A stretch of DNA of 63,021 nt, counting the filler, from Reticulomyxa filosa (Eukaryota; Protista; Foraminifera), in the NCBI GenBank assembly GCA_000512085.1. It is 14 parts of 14 records of this genome, joined end to end, with 100 filler letters (N's around TTAATTAATTAA, not from the genome) between each part and the next. Parts side by side here need not be neighbours in the genome. Positions count along the whole stretch, not along the records: positions 1 to 26,825 come from ASPP01006947.1; 13 more parts are not named here. One strand, written 5' to 3'. Of the stretch, positions 13,739 through 26,925 are shown piece after piece. How positions within the stretch are numbered: the first letter of the stretch is position 1; each line of letters opens with the position of its first letter. The notes beneath the pieces were generated by a model. The model saw only the letters and a list, made by a program, of their open reading frames with translations, was not told the DNA's origin and ran no database searches. Made by a program: the position numbers and the translations under genes.

Positions 13739-14872
13739 ATGTCTTTAATCAATCGCTTTGCTTCGTCCAAATCAACATGGCTGTTATCTCGTTATCCGGC
13801 CAGTCATGTAATTTGTGTTCCTTTATTTTTAATAGTATAAAAAACAAGGGCTCAAAATCAACTAGACCTTCACATATGTGCGTCGGAGCTGTTCGACGAA
13901 GGTAGTGAATTTGACCGGAAGTAGCGTTGATAGCAACCGAGCAGTAGGATTGTGGCTATTGGGTTGTGCAGGACTAACCTTTGGGATTGTTATTGCTGGT
14001 GGTTTAACAAGGCTAACTCGTTCAGGCCTTTCAATGGTCTGTCAGCAATTATGATTGTCCCCTTTTTTTTTTTAAAAAAAAGAATATTTTGTGAGTGTTT
14101 ATTTTTTGGTGAATGTTTGTCATTTGGACAAATTGGATATGTTTTACTTCACAGACAGACTGGAGTTTTCAAGGAGGTCTGCCCCCTTTGAACGAAGAGG
14201 ACTGGAAGCAAGAGTTTGAAAAATACAAACAATTTCCAGAATTTAAGCGCAATCCCAACCGCGAAGATTTCAGTTTGCGTGACTTCAAAAAAATTTATCT
14301 GTTCGAATATACCCACCGAATGTACGGAAGGTTCATTGGACTGGCTTTTAGTGTGCCATTGGTATATTTCGTGGCAACCGGAAGAATCGGTCTATCGTCT
14401 CCCTTGATGCGCAATTTGGGTCTGCTATTTGCATTGGGGGGTACACAAGGATTGATCGGTTGGTGGATGGTCAAATCTGGTCTCAAGGATGAAGGTTTAT
14501 AAAATTATATAAAAATAAATAAATAAATAATACATATATGTATATACATATATGTATTATGTATTTATTTATTTATTTTTATTTTTATTTTTTTTAAAAA
14601 AAAAACAAAGGCAATCAAACATGGAATAATTTGCCAAAAGTAAGCCCTTATCGGCTAGCAACGCATTTAGGAATGGCATTTACGATTTTTGTGCTGTTAC
14701 TTTATAATGGATTGCATGTGTACGCATCACGAAAGCAGGTGACGAATATAATCAATGAATTAGGTGTTGCACGTGTCAATGTTCCCGATTCGTTCCGTTA
14801 CAGTTTATATGGGATGCTGGGATTTGCGTTTTCAACCGCAATGATGGGTGCCTTTGTTGCTGGAAATGAAGC
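13739..14872 (+). CDS. COX15: Heme A synthase COX15, multi-exon, 3'-truncated in this assembly
   Basis: [31 protein letters not shown]|[49 protein letters not shown]; [22 protein letters not shown]; similarity stops at ~14872. Confidence 0.92.
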
Positions 14873-16500
14873 TAATGTAACTTTCAATGCTAATATCAAT
14901 ATAAATGCAAATACAAGTAACAAACAAAAACAGCATTGACATGAGCCAAGGCAAGTATCACTATCAAAGAGTGATGATCAATATCATGATGTACCACCAC
15001 AACGCCAGCCATGGTCTCGTTGCGAACGACTTGGGCACGTGCTGTAGCAGTGATAATGCGAAGAAGCATATTGATGTGCAAATGATGCAGAATGATATCG
15101 AGTAGAACAAGGTAATGAAGCAGCACAATAGACAGATAGATCATTATATAATGTTTAACAACATATCTTTAATGAATTTGAAAAAAATAGACAACTCGAA
15201 AGTGAAATTGAACGAGAAAGAAAAATATAAAAATAACGAAAACGATATAAGATAATGTGAACGAAAGTGAAATATATAAAAAGAAAAATAAAAAAGTATA
15301 GTAACGAGAAATACAAATAAATAGATATAGTGAAAGTGATAGTAGATATATATATATATATATTGACATATATATATATAAAGATTGATACATATACATA
15401 GAATATACATAAGATACATAGATCGATATCGTAATATGTATATAGAGTGGCAAAGACATAGAAATAGACATAGATAAAGAAAGTGAAAGATATAGATATA
15501 AAGAGTAATTGACAATTGTAAATATTCAATTTCAAATAGTAAAAAGCAAAAACATATTGAAAAAGACAATCAAAGTATCAGTAAATATAGAGAAAGTGAA
15601 AAGTAAAAAGATATCGAGCTAAATCATCAAAAGGATTAAACCTATACAAAAAGTATGTTCAATCATCACATTCGCTTCACCTTTAAAGCATACTGCAGCA
15701 TTTTCAGAATTAAGTTTTCTTTTGTTGTAAATGTGTTTCCATAAACAATTTATTGCATTAGTCAATGATATGTTTGAATATATCTTTGGATATACTTGCA
15801 TGTATGCATATATTTGTATATTTTTGTGCAACGTATAAAAAGGTATCAAATAGAAATATGTTGAGATGTAGCAAGATAATGAATACATAACTGACTATGT
15901 ATATTATTCACAAAATGTAGATTATATATTTACATAATTAATCGATAATCCAAAAAGCATTCATACAAACACAAATCCAAACACAATCACAAATCAAAAT
16001 ACAAACGCAAATGCAAATACAATATCAAGTATCAATGATTTAATGTGTCAATGAAACAAGTTTAATCCAAAATCAACACAATTACAAAAAGAAAATAACT
16101 AAATAAGAAATAAATTACAACATTTACAATAACATCATTCAAACTCAAGATCGATATAGCTATCATGATATTGTTCATCATAGTATTCATATTCGATGTC
16201 TAGCTCTTGATCATTATCGTATTCGCATTCGCATTCGCGATCGTGATAATAATAAAATAAAAAATATTGCTGCGATTTGTGAAATGTATATACAATTTGT
16301 TCTGGATCACGATATAGAATTATTCGAGTATGTTATATTGAAACAACAAAAATGTTAACTAAATTTTCAGTACATAATGATTGGATTTCTAGTTTAAAAT
16401 ATTTGTCAAATGAATTATCGAATACAATATTATCTTTGTGATATTAGATCGTTTAAAGGAGTCATAGTATTTGACAAACATAAAAATTATGCTGTTACAA
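14873..16500 (+). pseudogene. Heavily mutated relic of a low-complexity (N-rich, RE/RD-rich) protein gene
   Basis: Frame continuing from COX15 stays protein-like (DDQYHDVPPQRQPWSRCERLGHVL*Q**CEEAY*CANDAE*YRVEQ..EFEKNRQLESEIERERKI*K*R) with 10 stops in 14937-15240; later NTNPNTITNQNTNANAN and RIRIRIRDRD tracts. Confidence 0.65.
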
Positions 16501-16832
16501 ATAATTGCTATTTTTCGAATGTGATATGTTCCGGGTTCCCTTAGTCTTATCCTACAGTTATTCCAGTTTACTCGTCTATTGAACTATGAACTATGCTTTT
16601 TGATTAAATTTTCAATATGTTTTAAATCACTTTTTCTATAGACGCTGCACGTTGAAAAATATTATTGTCAATCATATATTTAATAATTTTATATACAAGA
16701 CAATGTAACATGATGCGATTGATATACCGATCCACAAACCAATGGATTTGTTTGAAGTGCGTTGCTATATTTAGTGTTTGCAAGCCAGCCAGTTGGCAAA
16801 GGACTTTCTTTGTTAAAAAAAAAATCATAAAA

Positions 16833-18228
16833 ATGTTATTATCTCTGCTAGTTTTGATTGTAAGTTTAACTTTTCCAAATTTAGCAGATGATGCGGCAAA
16901 TAATAAGCTGGCTGACTTATTGCAGCGCTCAGCCATAACACCCAAGATCAGTTTTGCAGAGAGTGACTTTGAGGTGAGCAAGTGGTAGCAAAGAGGCTTG
17001 TTGTATAAGAAGAAGAAAAATAATAACCAAACAAAAACTTTGTTTACAGCAATTTATTGCAAAGGGTCCTCGGCCGTACTGGATACTGATGATTTTGACG
17101 GCCCTTAAATCGGGTCACTGCAGTCCTTGCGAGTTACTAACACCAGTCGAATTTCTTTTTTAATGTGAGAGAGTCAATCGACGAAAACAAAATAAACTGA
17201 GTATAAACATTGAATGACCATATTCAATTGAATGCAATGAATTACAAAAAAAAAAATAATAATAATAAGAGCAATGGACCCCGAGTTTGAAAAGCTAGCC
17301 AAGAAGATTGAAGAACAAAGAAAACCAGTAACGGAAAAAGATGACTCATCCAATGTATTTGTTATAGAATTGGAATTTATGAACAGCCGTGAATTATTCC
17401 GAAAACTTGGGGCCAAAGTGCACCAATTCTTGTGTTGGTTCCACCAACCAAATTTAATCATGAAATTCCATTGAACACGTTTTTCAAGACAATTGGCCCA
17501 AAATATCAGTATTCATTGACACAAAGTAGAGAAGTATGTTTCCAAATTTTTTTTATATCAATTTTTTTTTTTTTTTTTTTTATAATAAAAAAATTGAATC
17601 AGGCAGATGACATTGGTAATTGGATCTCTCGAGTATCTAAAGTCCCTTTATCATTTTCACGCAACTTTGAATTGCCACCTCTGCAATATGTTGTTACTGG
17701 AGTGATATCGGTACCAGTTGGGCTCTGGTTTTTCCATCCCTTACGCAAATCGATGGCTTTGTATGCGATGATTTGCTTACTCGTCTATGGATTTGTCATG
17801 GCCGGTGGTATGTTTAGTATCATTCGGGAAGTCCCTTTCAAAGGTGAAGGGTCTGGCTTCACTAGTTATATCAGTGGTGGTGGTCGATATCAATATGCTG
17901 CAGAAGGATATATCATTGGAGGATTAAGTTGAGGGTTTTATGAGTCCATACACGATATTTGCATATACCAAAAAAAAAAATATATATATATACATACATA
18001 TATACTTTTGACAAAGATCTGATGGCTGGATGCGGAGCTTTTTTATTTTTTAATTCAATGCGACAACCGCAAGAACATTCACACAAATTGCTTCAATGGC
18101 TGGCGTATGCTCCTCCTTGGAGTGGCTTACTTGTCATGCTCGTTGGTTGTTATTGGATCATGTGGGTGTACACCAGAAAAAATGACGGGTACAACATGGG
18201 CCGTGTTGGGATGTCTGGCTGGAATTGA
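16833..18228 (+). CDS. Oligosaccharyltransferase OST3/OST6 (MAGT1/TUSC3-like) subunit
   Basis: Signal peptide; PRPYWILMILTAL..CSPC thioredoxin-like CxxC; TM region AGGMFSIIREVPF..YISGGGRYQYAAEGYIIG; apparent 1-nt frameshift at AAA 17415-17417. Confidence 0.88.
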
Positions 18229-18612
18229 AATTTAATATTTGCACACCTCCAAAAAACATCAGACAAGCTCTGAATACATATACAGATACAAGTCGGTACA
18301 ATATGCCAAAGTAATAATCCTTTTTTCATCATTTTCAAAGATACAATAAAATCATACTCTCTTTCGTATCCTAAATTTTTGACATTTGATAACTTTTAAA
18401 ATTTTGCAGTGATATACCATTTCTTTTAGCAAAGTTTGAAAAGAAAAAAAGAAAAAAAAGCAAGTTTAAATCATTAAAAAAGGCTTTCAATCCGCAAAAA
18501 CATACTGAAACAGGTTGTTACACGTTGGAAACCAAAAACGGGTTGGCTCACTGACGTAGCCAGCTAAAAAATTCTCTTCGTTAAAAGAGACAAAAAAAGA
18601 AAGTGGTATTTA

Positions 18613-20643
18613 ATGGAGCATCAAGGACATCAACGTCAAAGCTCAGGAAAGAACTTAGAAGCACCAACATTGGCACCCTCGTCATACAAGCCAACGGAAA
18701 CGACACGTGCTCAAAATGCTGCCATTGCGATCGGTCTGAAGAAATTTAAATCAGGAAAATTGCGAACAACATCCGGAAAAGAGGACCAATTGCTTCCTAG
18801 CGTCCAAGAAGACGAAATGAGTGAATCGAAGCAATCTAAATACTGTAACTGGAGAAATGACCTGAAATCCGTTAGGAATTTGGTTTTTGGAAGTTACGTT
18901 AATTTGTTGCTGTTGGTGGTTCCATTTGGATTTATTAGCCACTATTTGGACTGGAACTCCACCGTGGTCTTTTTCCTGAATTTCTTTGCGATGATGCCTT
19001 TAGCCAGTATTTTGGGAGATTCCACGTTAAGAGACTTTTCTGTTTGTGTTTAAGCCGCTTTCAATCGCTTTTGTATGAATACAAATATAAAAGTTTGTCT
19101 GCTTATTAAAAAAAACAATAGAGAGTGTTTGGCAGAACACGTATGAACAATTTATATGTGTGTACAATTGGTGCAATGCAAAAAGTAGTTTTTTTAATTA
19201 TGTTTTTTTTTAACGTTTGTAATTTCCGTGCATGAGAAACAAAAAAAAAAAAATAAAAGCTTGGTGAAACGGTCGGCGGATTATTAAACGCTACTTTTGG
19301 AAATGCTGTGGAGGTAAAAAAAAAAAAAAAGGGGGAATACGTAAAAAAAAAAAAAAACGGGCTCAAGTAAGAATAATAACAATAAAAAAACACGGCCATT
19401 AAAAAAAAATAGATCGTAGTAATGATACTGGCCTTGGTGAAGGCAAAAGGGTTCGATGATCATTCGAAACGTGACACGCTGATCAATGTGGTCCAATTTT
19501 CACTGATTGGAAGCATCTTCAGCAATTCGCTGCTGGTGTTGGGCTGTGCTTTCTTGGCGCACGGATTCAAGGGAGAGGCACACTTCAACGTCCAATCAAC
19601 CAGTGCAAATGTCTCCTTGTTAATGTTGGCCTCGTTTGTTATGATTTTGCCTGCTCCTTACAATGGTATGTATATGTATGTACATTGGAGACATTTTTAC
19701 GTGATTGTTTATTGACGATTCAATTTGTTGTCACTAAGATTGAAAACATTTGATTTGTTGTTGTTATATATATATTTTTTTTTAAGGCTCTAATGAACTG
19801 ATGGTGTCGCGGGCAGCTGCAGTGTTGTTGCTGATAATGTATTCGTGCCTACTCGTGTTTGTGTTGTTCACACACAAAGACTTGGGCGAGCACCAGGAAC
19901 CTGTTGAGGCATTCCGGCTTCACGGCAATAAAGACGTGGAAAACACGAGCGACGGAAAACTGGTTAATGAACAAAACTCAGAGAATCCATCTGCCGAAGA
20001 AGAAGAAGACGATGATGAATTGGAAATGTCATTGATTGGCAGCATGACATTGCTACTAGTGACAACTGTTATAGTCGCGGTGCTTTCCGAGTTCTTGGTT
20101 AGTGCTATTGAACCAATGTCAAGCAATGCTGGAATTGGCGAAGCATTTGTTGGGATGATTTTGTTACCTATCATCGGTATTTTTTTTTTTTTTTTATGTC
20201 ACTAGTGTGCACGGGATATAAAAATTACAAAAATTTAAAATAGAGGCATAGTAATAGAGGGTGACACTTTAAAAAAATTTACATAGTATGTACACTAAAG
20301 AATACATACTTATGTACGTTAACAAATAATAGGCAATGCAGTAGAACATATAACAGCCATTCGAATGGCCAGAAAAGGCAAAATGGACATTGCGATATCC
20401 ATTGCCATTGGAAGTGCCACCCAAGTTGCAATGTTTGTTGTTGGATTTGCTGTCATAGTCGGTTGGATTTTGGACGTTCCAATGACTTTAGACTTTCCTT
20501 CATTCGAGGTCCAGATGTTTATTTATACCTCGATTATTATCTTTGCTTTGGTTAGTGATGGCTCCTCTAACTGGTTAGAAGGGGCCATGTTGCTATGTCT
20601 ATATATCATGATTGCCATTGCGGTATGGGACCAGGACATATGA
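18613..20643 (+). CDS. CAX/Vcx1-family Ca2+/H+ exchanger
   Basis: GGLLNATFGNAVE, GSIFSNSLLVLG, acidic loop EEEEDDDE, GMILLPIIGNAVEH, KMDIAISIAIGSATQVAMFV, DGSSNWLEGAMLL across about 5 exons. Confidence 0.95.
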
Positions 20644-21551
20644 ATTATCATTCCTAATTTTAATAATAATTTATCAGGCTATTCCATGACAGGAGTTTTT
20701 TTTTATAGTCCACGGTCCTCCTAGCTGTTTGTGTTGTTTTTGTGGAATGTAACCGATAAATTAATGATCTTAATACACAACCAAAGATACTACGAAAACT
20801 TTAAAATCTTTGTAGAAATTTTGATTAAACTCTTTTTTTTGATTTTACTTTACTTAAAAAATAATGCACACAACTTTCTGGTAAATTAGATCATCCACTT
20901 CTAATTTTCTTGGTATTATTTTCTTTTCAACAGCTCACAACATTCAGTTTTTTAAAATATACTTGTTTTTAAGGTAGAATGTCAGAAAGTTTTAAATCCT
21001 GTATACGGAACACGAAAAAAACTTGATAAGTATCTAGTCTTAATTATATTCGTAGATAGACAAATGAATATGATCTCAAAATATTTGGTAATTTCCTTAA
21101 ATTTAGTTTATTCCTAAGATATCTATCGAATTTTAAAATTTATGAAATTGTTGAAGTTTAAAAATTAAATAGAAAATATTATATTATTTAATTTTTAATG
21201 AAAATAACTGTTCTGTTTGTAGCATATTAGTGACCTTGCTTTATTAATAGCATCGTTTTTAACGTGAACAAATCACATTGGATTTATGTATGAACGGTAT
21301 AAAAAAGGATTTTGAAACATAGCAAAAGATAAATAAAGAAACTTTGCAAATCTTTCATACTCACAAAGTTTGCACTCATGTACAGTCTAACAATTAGTTT
21401 ACGGGTTCGATACAACGACGCAACTTTTTTGGTGTCGAAAAGACGACTTGGCTCACTGTTGCCAACAATTCTCCTGTCATCTCAATTGCATGGTTAATAA
21501 AAAACTTTGAAATAATTCCGTATATTCTCAAAGTTCTTGAGGAACATAACC

Positions 21552-22646
21552 ATGTCAAATCGTTGTACAAATGACGAGTACATTTCTGCACAAAAAAAGT
21601 TGTGTGGCCTTCTGAACACCGAAAAGTACAATTTCTGTGTGGATTGCGGCGCACGAAATCCTGTTGTAGTTTCAATAAAGTTGGGAGTAAGTATATGCCT
21701 CGCATGTGCTGTTCCACATCGTCAGTATGTTCCTCTGCAAATATCTCGTATGTCAGTGGCACGTATTGATCGTCATACGATGCCTCAAGTAGAATCATTT
21801 ATCCAAAAAGGAGGCAATCAAAAGTTTAATGAGATATGGGAATATTACTTATCTCCAGAAGAAAAACAGTTGCATATGAATAATATGCAATTGTTATCTG
21901 AAGCTCGCAAGTCTTTTATTATACAAAAGTATCACCAGATGCGATGGCATCAACAACGAAACTTGAGTGAAAATAAGCAAGATGAGACATCTAGATCGCA
22001 GGACGATATCAACGGAAAGGATTTGTTAGAGGTTGTTCGTCTCTGAATAAGGCTCCATAAAAAAAAAGAATGGCTACTTTACATGGTTTGTCTTTGTTAT
22101 TTGACCGCTTCACAGGAAAAGAAAGAGCAACAAAACAACCAATATATCAAAGGAAAATCTGTCACAGTGGTTGTAAATGAAAGTTACACCTACTTTTTTT
22201 TCATTTCAAGATATCTACGAATCAACTTTTTTTTTGCTAATACAAAACACCAAAGAGCCGAAACAAGACCCAAACAGTTAATAATTGAACATTTTCCCTC
22301 TTGGCTATTTTTTTTTAGCTTATTTTTAACACATTTCTTAGGTGTCACATTTTCAGTGCAAGAACATGATGTCGATATATTATTTAGCTCACACCAGCCA
22401 ACAATTGTGCTGACAAATCACAAAAACTGGTCGGAATTGAGCATGCAGGGACCAATGATAGATACCTTATGTTTGAGCGAAGCACTGAAATTGATAGCTG
22501 AATGGTGTCGACAAAAAAAACAAATCAAAGAATATATAGTTTTCAAATGTGAAGCGAATGATACTAAAATGATTGAGGCCTTGAAAAAAGCGGAATTTGT
22601 GAAAAAGTTTCTCAATCAACAAGAATTGTATTCTTATGACAAGTAG
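21552..22646 (+). CDS. ArfGAP-domain protein
   Basis: CVDC-x16-CLAC-x4-R zinc finger, GGNQKFNEIWE, RKSFIIQKY; further exons to stop at 22646. Confidence 0.88.
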
Positions 22647-23079
22647 TTGTTTCTATTATTTATATCGTTCCAATCTCAAATCTTAACAATTTTTCTTCAT
22701 TTTACGTACGCATTGACAAACGTCAGTATTTATAAGTCGTTATTATATGCTTAATATTTTTTTAAACTATACACAAATATTAACAAAAAATTATCTATTG
22801 TGCTCTTCTGCTGAAAACTGGTTCTATTTTCTATCGAACGAATATATGTTAAAAGAATTGATAAATCCAATTTTGTCACAACAGTCGAAGTTGATTAACT
22901 GACAAATCACGTTTACATTTTGAGGTTAGGTTATTAAAAAATCATCTCAAAGAAAGGTTAAATAGGAAAAACAATGCAATCAATCCAATAAAAAAACGAA
23001 AATAGCAAAAGAAAACATACTTGACATTTCCCTCATAAATACAGATAAATGATTTAATTCCCTCGATAAACAAAAAAAA

Positions 23080-26000
23080 TTAAGATGACCAGGTTTCCAA
23101 TAATGTTGGTGCATACGGTATATGTCTGTCCGACAATGCTTTTGTCCTCACATTTGTATGCATTTTACCTAACACGCGCAATGCATATTTTGTAATCAGT
23201 TCATCCTTGCTCCCCCATTCTTCACCACATTTCTTAATGATCAATCTCCAACTAAACTTTGACAAGATGTCTTTACAGGGTTCAAATGAACATGCATTAC
23301 CCAATGAATACAAAGAGTAACGAATTACACATCCATGATTACTCGTTGTCACCTACGTAGCAAATCACAAGTTTTTGTTTGTTTGTGACAAAATACAAAA
23401 GGCACAAAACTAGTTTAAGAAGTGAAGGAATGATTTTATTGTCCACAATTTGCTGCACAAGAATTTGGTCCGCAGGAGTTCGAATCAGATTGCCAATTGC
23501 TCCTGCTGCATTTTCTTGAGTTTTGTAGTCTTGGTCTCCTAGGCAATGAGATAATGGCCTGAAACATTGAGACAGCATTACAGAGTCTCTACAATGGAAT
23601 GACATATTTCCAATTGCATAGCATGCAAATCTGCGTACATCAGGGTCAGAGTGAGAGCAATGGCTACACAACAAATTCAACAGCTCTTTTCTATTGCGTA
23701 CCAAAAGGAAACATTTTTTTTTTTAAGCAAAAGTAGAGGGTGCAGGAAAGTAAGAAAAAAGAAACAAATAAAAAAAAGTCAAAATAACTAACTGTTGAAT
23801 TTTGGAAAGAAAATGACTGGAATGTTTAAATAAATTTCCAACTAAATTACATGTTTTTGCAACAATTTCAGGATTTTGTTGTGAGGACGATAACTTCAAA
23901 TAGTTTGGGATGAGTTCAATTATTCCAGTTTTTTCAATAATGGGATAGAAGTCACTGGATATTCTTGCTGTCTGTGAAATTGTTTGCAACATCTTCACAA
24001 TGATGTCATCCGCATGTTGGGATTTATTCTTCAATATCTGTCCTGTGACTATTTCTAATCCTTTCCACTGCACAAATTGTTTTGCCATTGATTGATGAAA
24101 ACAAGTCAAACGATAAATCAATGCTTTGAAAACGCAGTCCACAAAACAATACAAACAAATAAACAAAACCAATTTTTTTTTTTTTTTAGCACTAAAAATA
24201 TTATATACGATACTTTGATATGTGTACATACATATGTACACGTAATAAATTATGTAAAAAATATATATATATAATATAAGCGATCATTTGAACTGCACAC
24301 GTCACAACGACGATCAGGAGGTAATTTTTGAATGACATTTAATAAATATTCCATCAGAGACATTTGCTCGGCTTGCGCGTAAAAACTATCCAGCAATAAT
24401 TTAGATCCGTGTAATTTTAAATATGAGTGCAGCTGGAGGATACATTTTACAATCTAATTGTCGACATTATATATCCATTTTATCTTATCAACTTCTACAA
24501 TGGTTTCCAAAATGTTAATTTATCCAGAGAAAAAAAAAAAAAAGAAGATGAGAGAACAAACAAAAAAACAACGAATAAAAAAAAACTGATTCAATGGCGT
24601 CGAGTTCATTTTTTGGAGACCACCAGTGGTGCTTATATCATAAAATAAAATTAAAAAAAAAAAAAAAAAAAAAATTTATGACACTGCACAATTCTGTGCG
24701 CATTTTCTTTGGAAAGCAAAAACATATGAGAAACATAACTCTGAGTTTATGATCTGATCACTTGTGTGTTTGGATGCAAGCACAAATAATTTATTCATGT
24801 GCGCTGTTGACATTATTTGCGCGATCAATCCATTTTTTATATCCGAGCTTTCGTTCCATGATGTTAGTGCGTCAATCCAAATCATCCAACAATTGGTGAT
24901 CGTGGTTATATGGCCTAAGTGCAAACATCAGCCACAAATCAATACTTTCCTATGTCATCCTTTCTCACTTACCCAAAACATAAGCAGCAAAAAAAAAAAA
25001 ATAAAATAAATAAATAACTAAATGTGATGTCGCAATGAGATGCGTTTGGTTTTTGGAGAGCATATACAACAGCAGTAAACAGGATCTCCCAAATGGGTAT
25101 CAAGACAAGTGTCTGCATATTTTGTATGTAATTTTCTTAATTTGTACATATATATATGTATATATGTACACATACATATGTGTACATTGTTCTATGGATT
25201 ATATGACGCAGCAAAAGAATGAGAAATAAAAAAAAGAACAGAGTGTTTTTTATTTTTATTTTTTTATGTGTGAAGATAATGCAAAGACGACACATGGTAC
25301 AAACATTACGGCCAGGAGTGAATTGAAAAAGCAAGTGTAATAACGAGGAGATATAATCAATTGGCGTCCCAAGCAAGTTGGACCAATACTTTGCGAGGTG
25401 TTTGTACTGTTGGAACAACGCAGGTATTTTGGTGTTTTCATTGGAATAAAAGTCTGCCAAGATTGATTGCAGTCTGCTAGCCCAGATATCAAGGATTTGT
25501 TTTTGATTGTCATCATTGGCATCACTTGATTGGTCAACCTGTCTATCTCGTTTTGTGACAGTGTGCCACAAGCACAGCCAGCACGACAGCAAATTCATAT
25601 GCAGATCTTCATGCTCCCCCTCAATTTGTTCCATCCAATCAATGGTTTCTTCCTTCCACTCGTATCTATCTCATCCCCTCCCCCCCCCCCCCCCCCCTCG
25701 GGGACATTATAAGTCAACACAAATAAACATAGACGCAATTTGAAACGAAACTGTGGATGGATGATATGTAACAGTGACAGTATCAAAACAATCACCACTT
25801 TATTTTCAACGTCGCCGGAAGTGTGAACGGCACTGACATGTCGCAAAAGACTTTGTTCGTAAACTGAAACATATTTTGTCGCTGTTGCCATGAGGTCCGT
25901 GGAAATTTTGCATGCACCCAACAGTAACTTTTTTTGTTTGATTGGTTTTGCTTTTTATACTTATGTTTCAACAAAACTGCAAAGTATTTGCACTCCAAAT

Positions 26001-26791
26001 CTTAACTTTGAGCAGCCCAATTTCAGTGGCCACATGTTTTAAATTGATGATTGCCATCAATTGGGATAACACGTTTTCATCCGCAAGCATGACCACGACT
26101 TCTTCCCATATCGATTGTGGCTGTTTTGATTACGTATACATTGATCATTTCTTTCTTTCTTTTTTTTGAAGCGTTTTTTTTTAAATCCAAACAAGTAAAT
26201 ACAAAAAACGCCTCTAAGTGAATGGTAACCAAAGAGTCGCCTAAGGCCTTGTCCAATCGTTTCGAGCTGACAGAATTACGTACAGAAATAGGGATGTTGT
26301 TTGTCTCACACCAATTGCATAAGCAAAGAACCGTGACCGAGGCTCGATTGTCTTTGTGGATACAATATATTTGTGTTTTTTTTAAACATCAACTTTTTTT
26401 TTAAAAAAAAAAAAAAAAAAGAAAACCTGTTGGAAGAGTTTCCGCACAACCAATGATTAATTTTGACGTGAGATGTGATTGTGTAAATGTAGTACATAAA
26501 GTGGCGTGACGAAATTGAGCCATTTCAGAAATGATTCCAACGACATACTTGAAAATGTGATCTTTACTAATTTCCTTCTGTTCGCGCTTGTGTTTACCTT
26601 TTCCCATTTTCTTGCTCGTCCCAGACGTGGCTGCATCTTCATGCAAAAAATTTGAATCCAAGACATTCAACAGATGATTCAACCTTGTCAACAATATCGC
26701 TTCAAGGTTCTCCTCTTCACATGTTTTGTTGTCCGACGAAATACAATTGCTCCTCAACGATTTGATTATATTTCGCATCGTCTTCAAACTC

Positions 26792-26793
<2 letters not shown>
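23080..26793 (-). CDS. STK36: Fused/STK36-like kinase, C-terminal ARM/HEAT region (5' part off contig)
   Basis: AKTCNLVGNLFKHS; DPDVRRFACYAIGNMSFH..DQDYKTQENAAGAIGNLIR; YSLYSLGN resemble the Fused/TIO C-terminal ARM repeats; kinase domain not in this contig. Confidence 0.72.
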
Positions 26794-26825
<32 letters not shown>

Positions 26826-26925
26826 NNNNNNNNNNNNNNNNNNNNNNNNNNNNNNNNNNNNNNNNNNNNTTAATTAATTAANNNNNNNNNNNNNNNNNNN
26901 NNNNNNNNNNNNNNNNNNNNNNNNN
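26826..26925. other. Artificial contig spacer N44-TTAATTAATTAA-N44 (first of 13)
   Basis: Identical 100-nt spacers also start at 33069, 35520, 36674, 38626, 40290, 45742, 50236, 51506, 57255, 58355, 59889 and 61656. Confidence 0.99.

Noticed and set aside
14937-15240. Stop-codon reassignment (TAA/TAG=Gln) as the explanation for in-frame stops
   Set aside because: All three stop types occur in the relic, conserved genes here have no in-frame stops, and genes end normally in TAG, TAA or TGA
15144-15569. Three overlapping Y/I/F-rich - strand ORFs
   Set aside because: Antisense shadows of the purine-rich degenerate repeat
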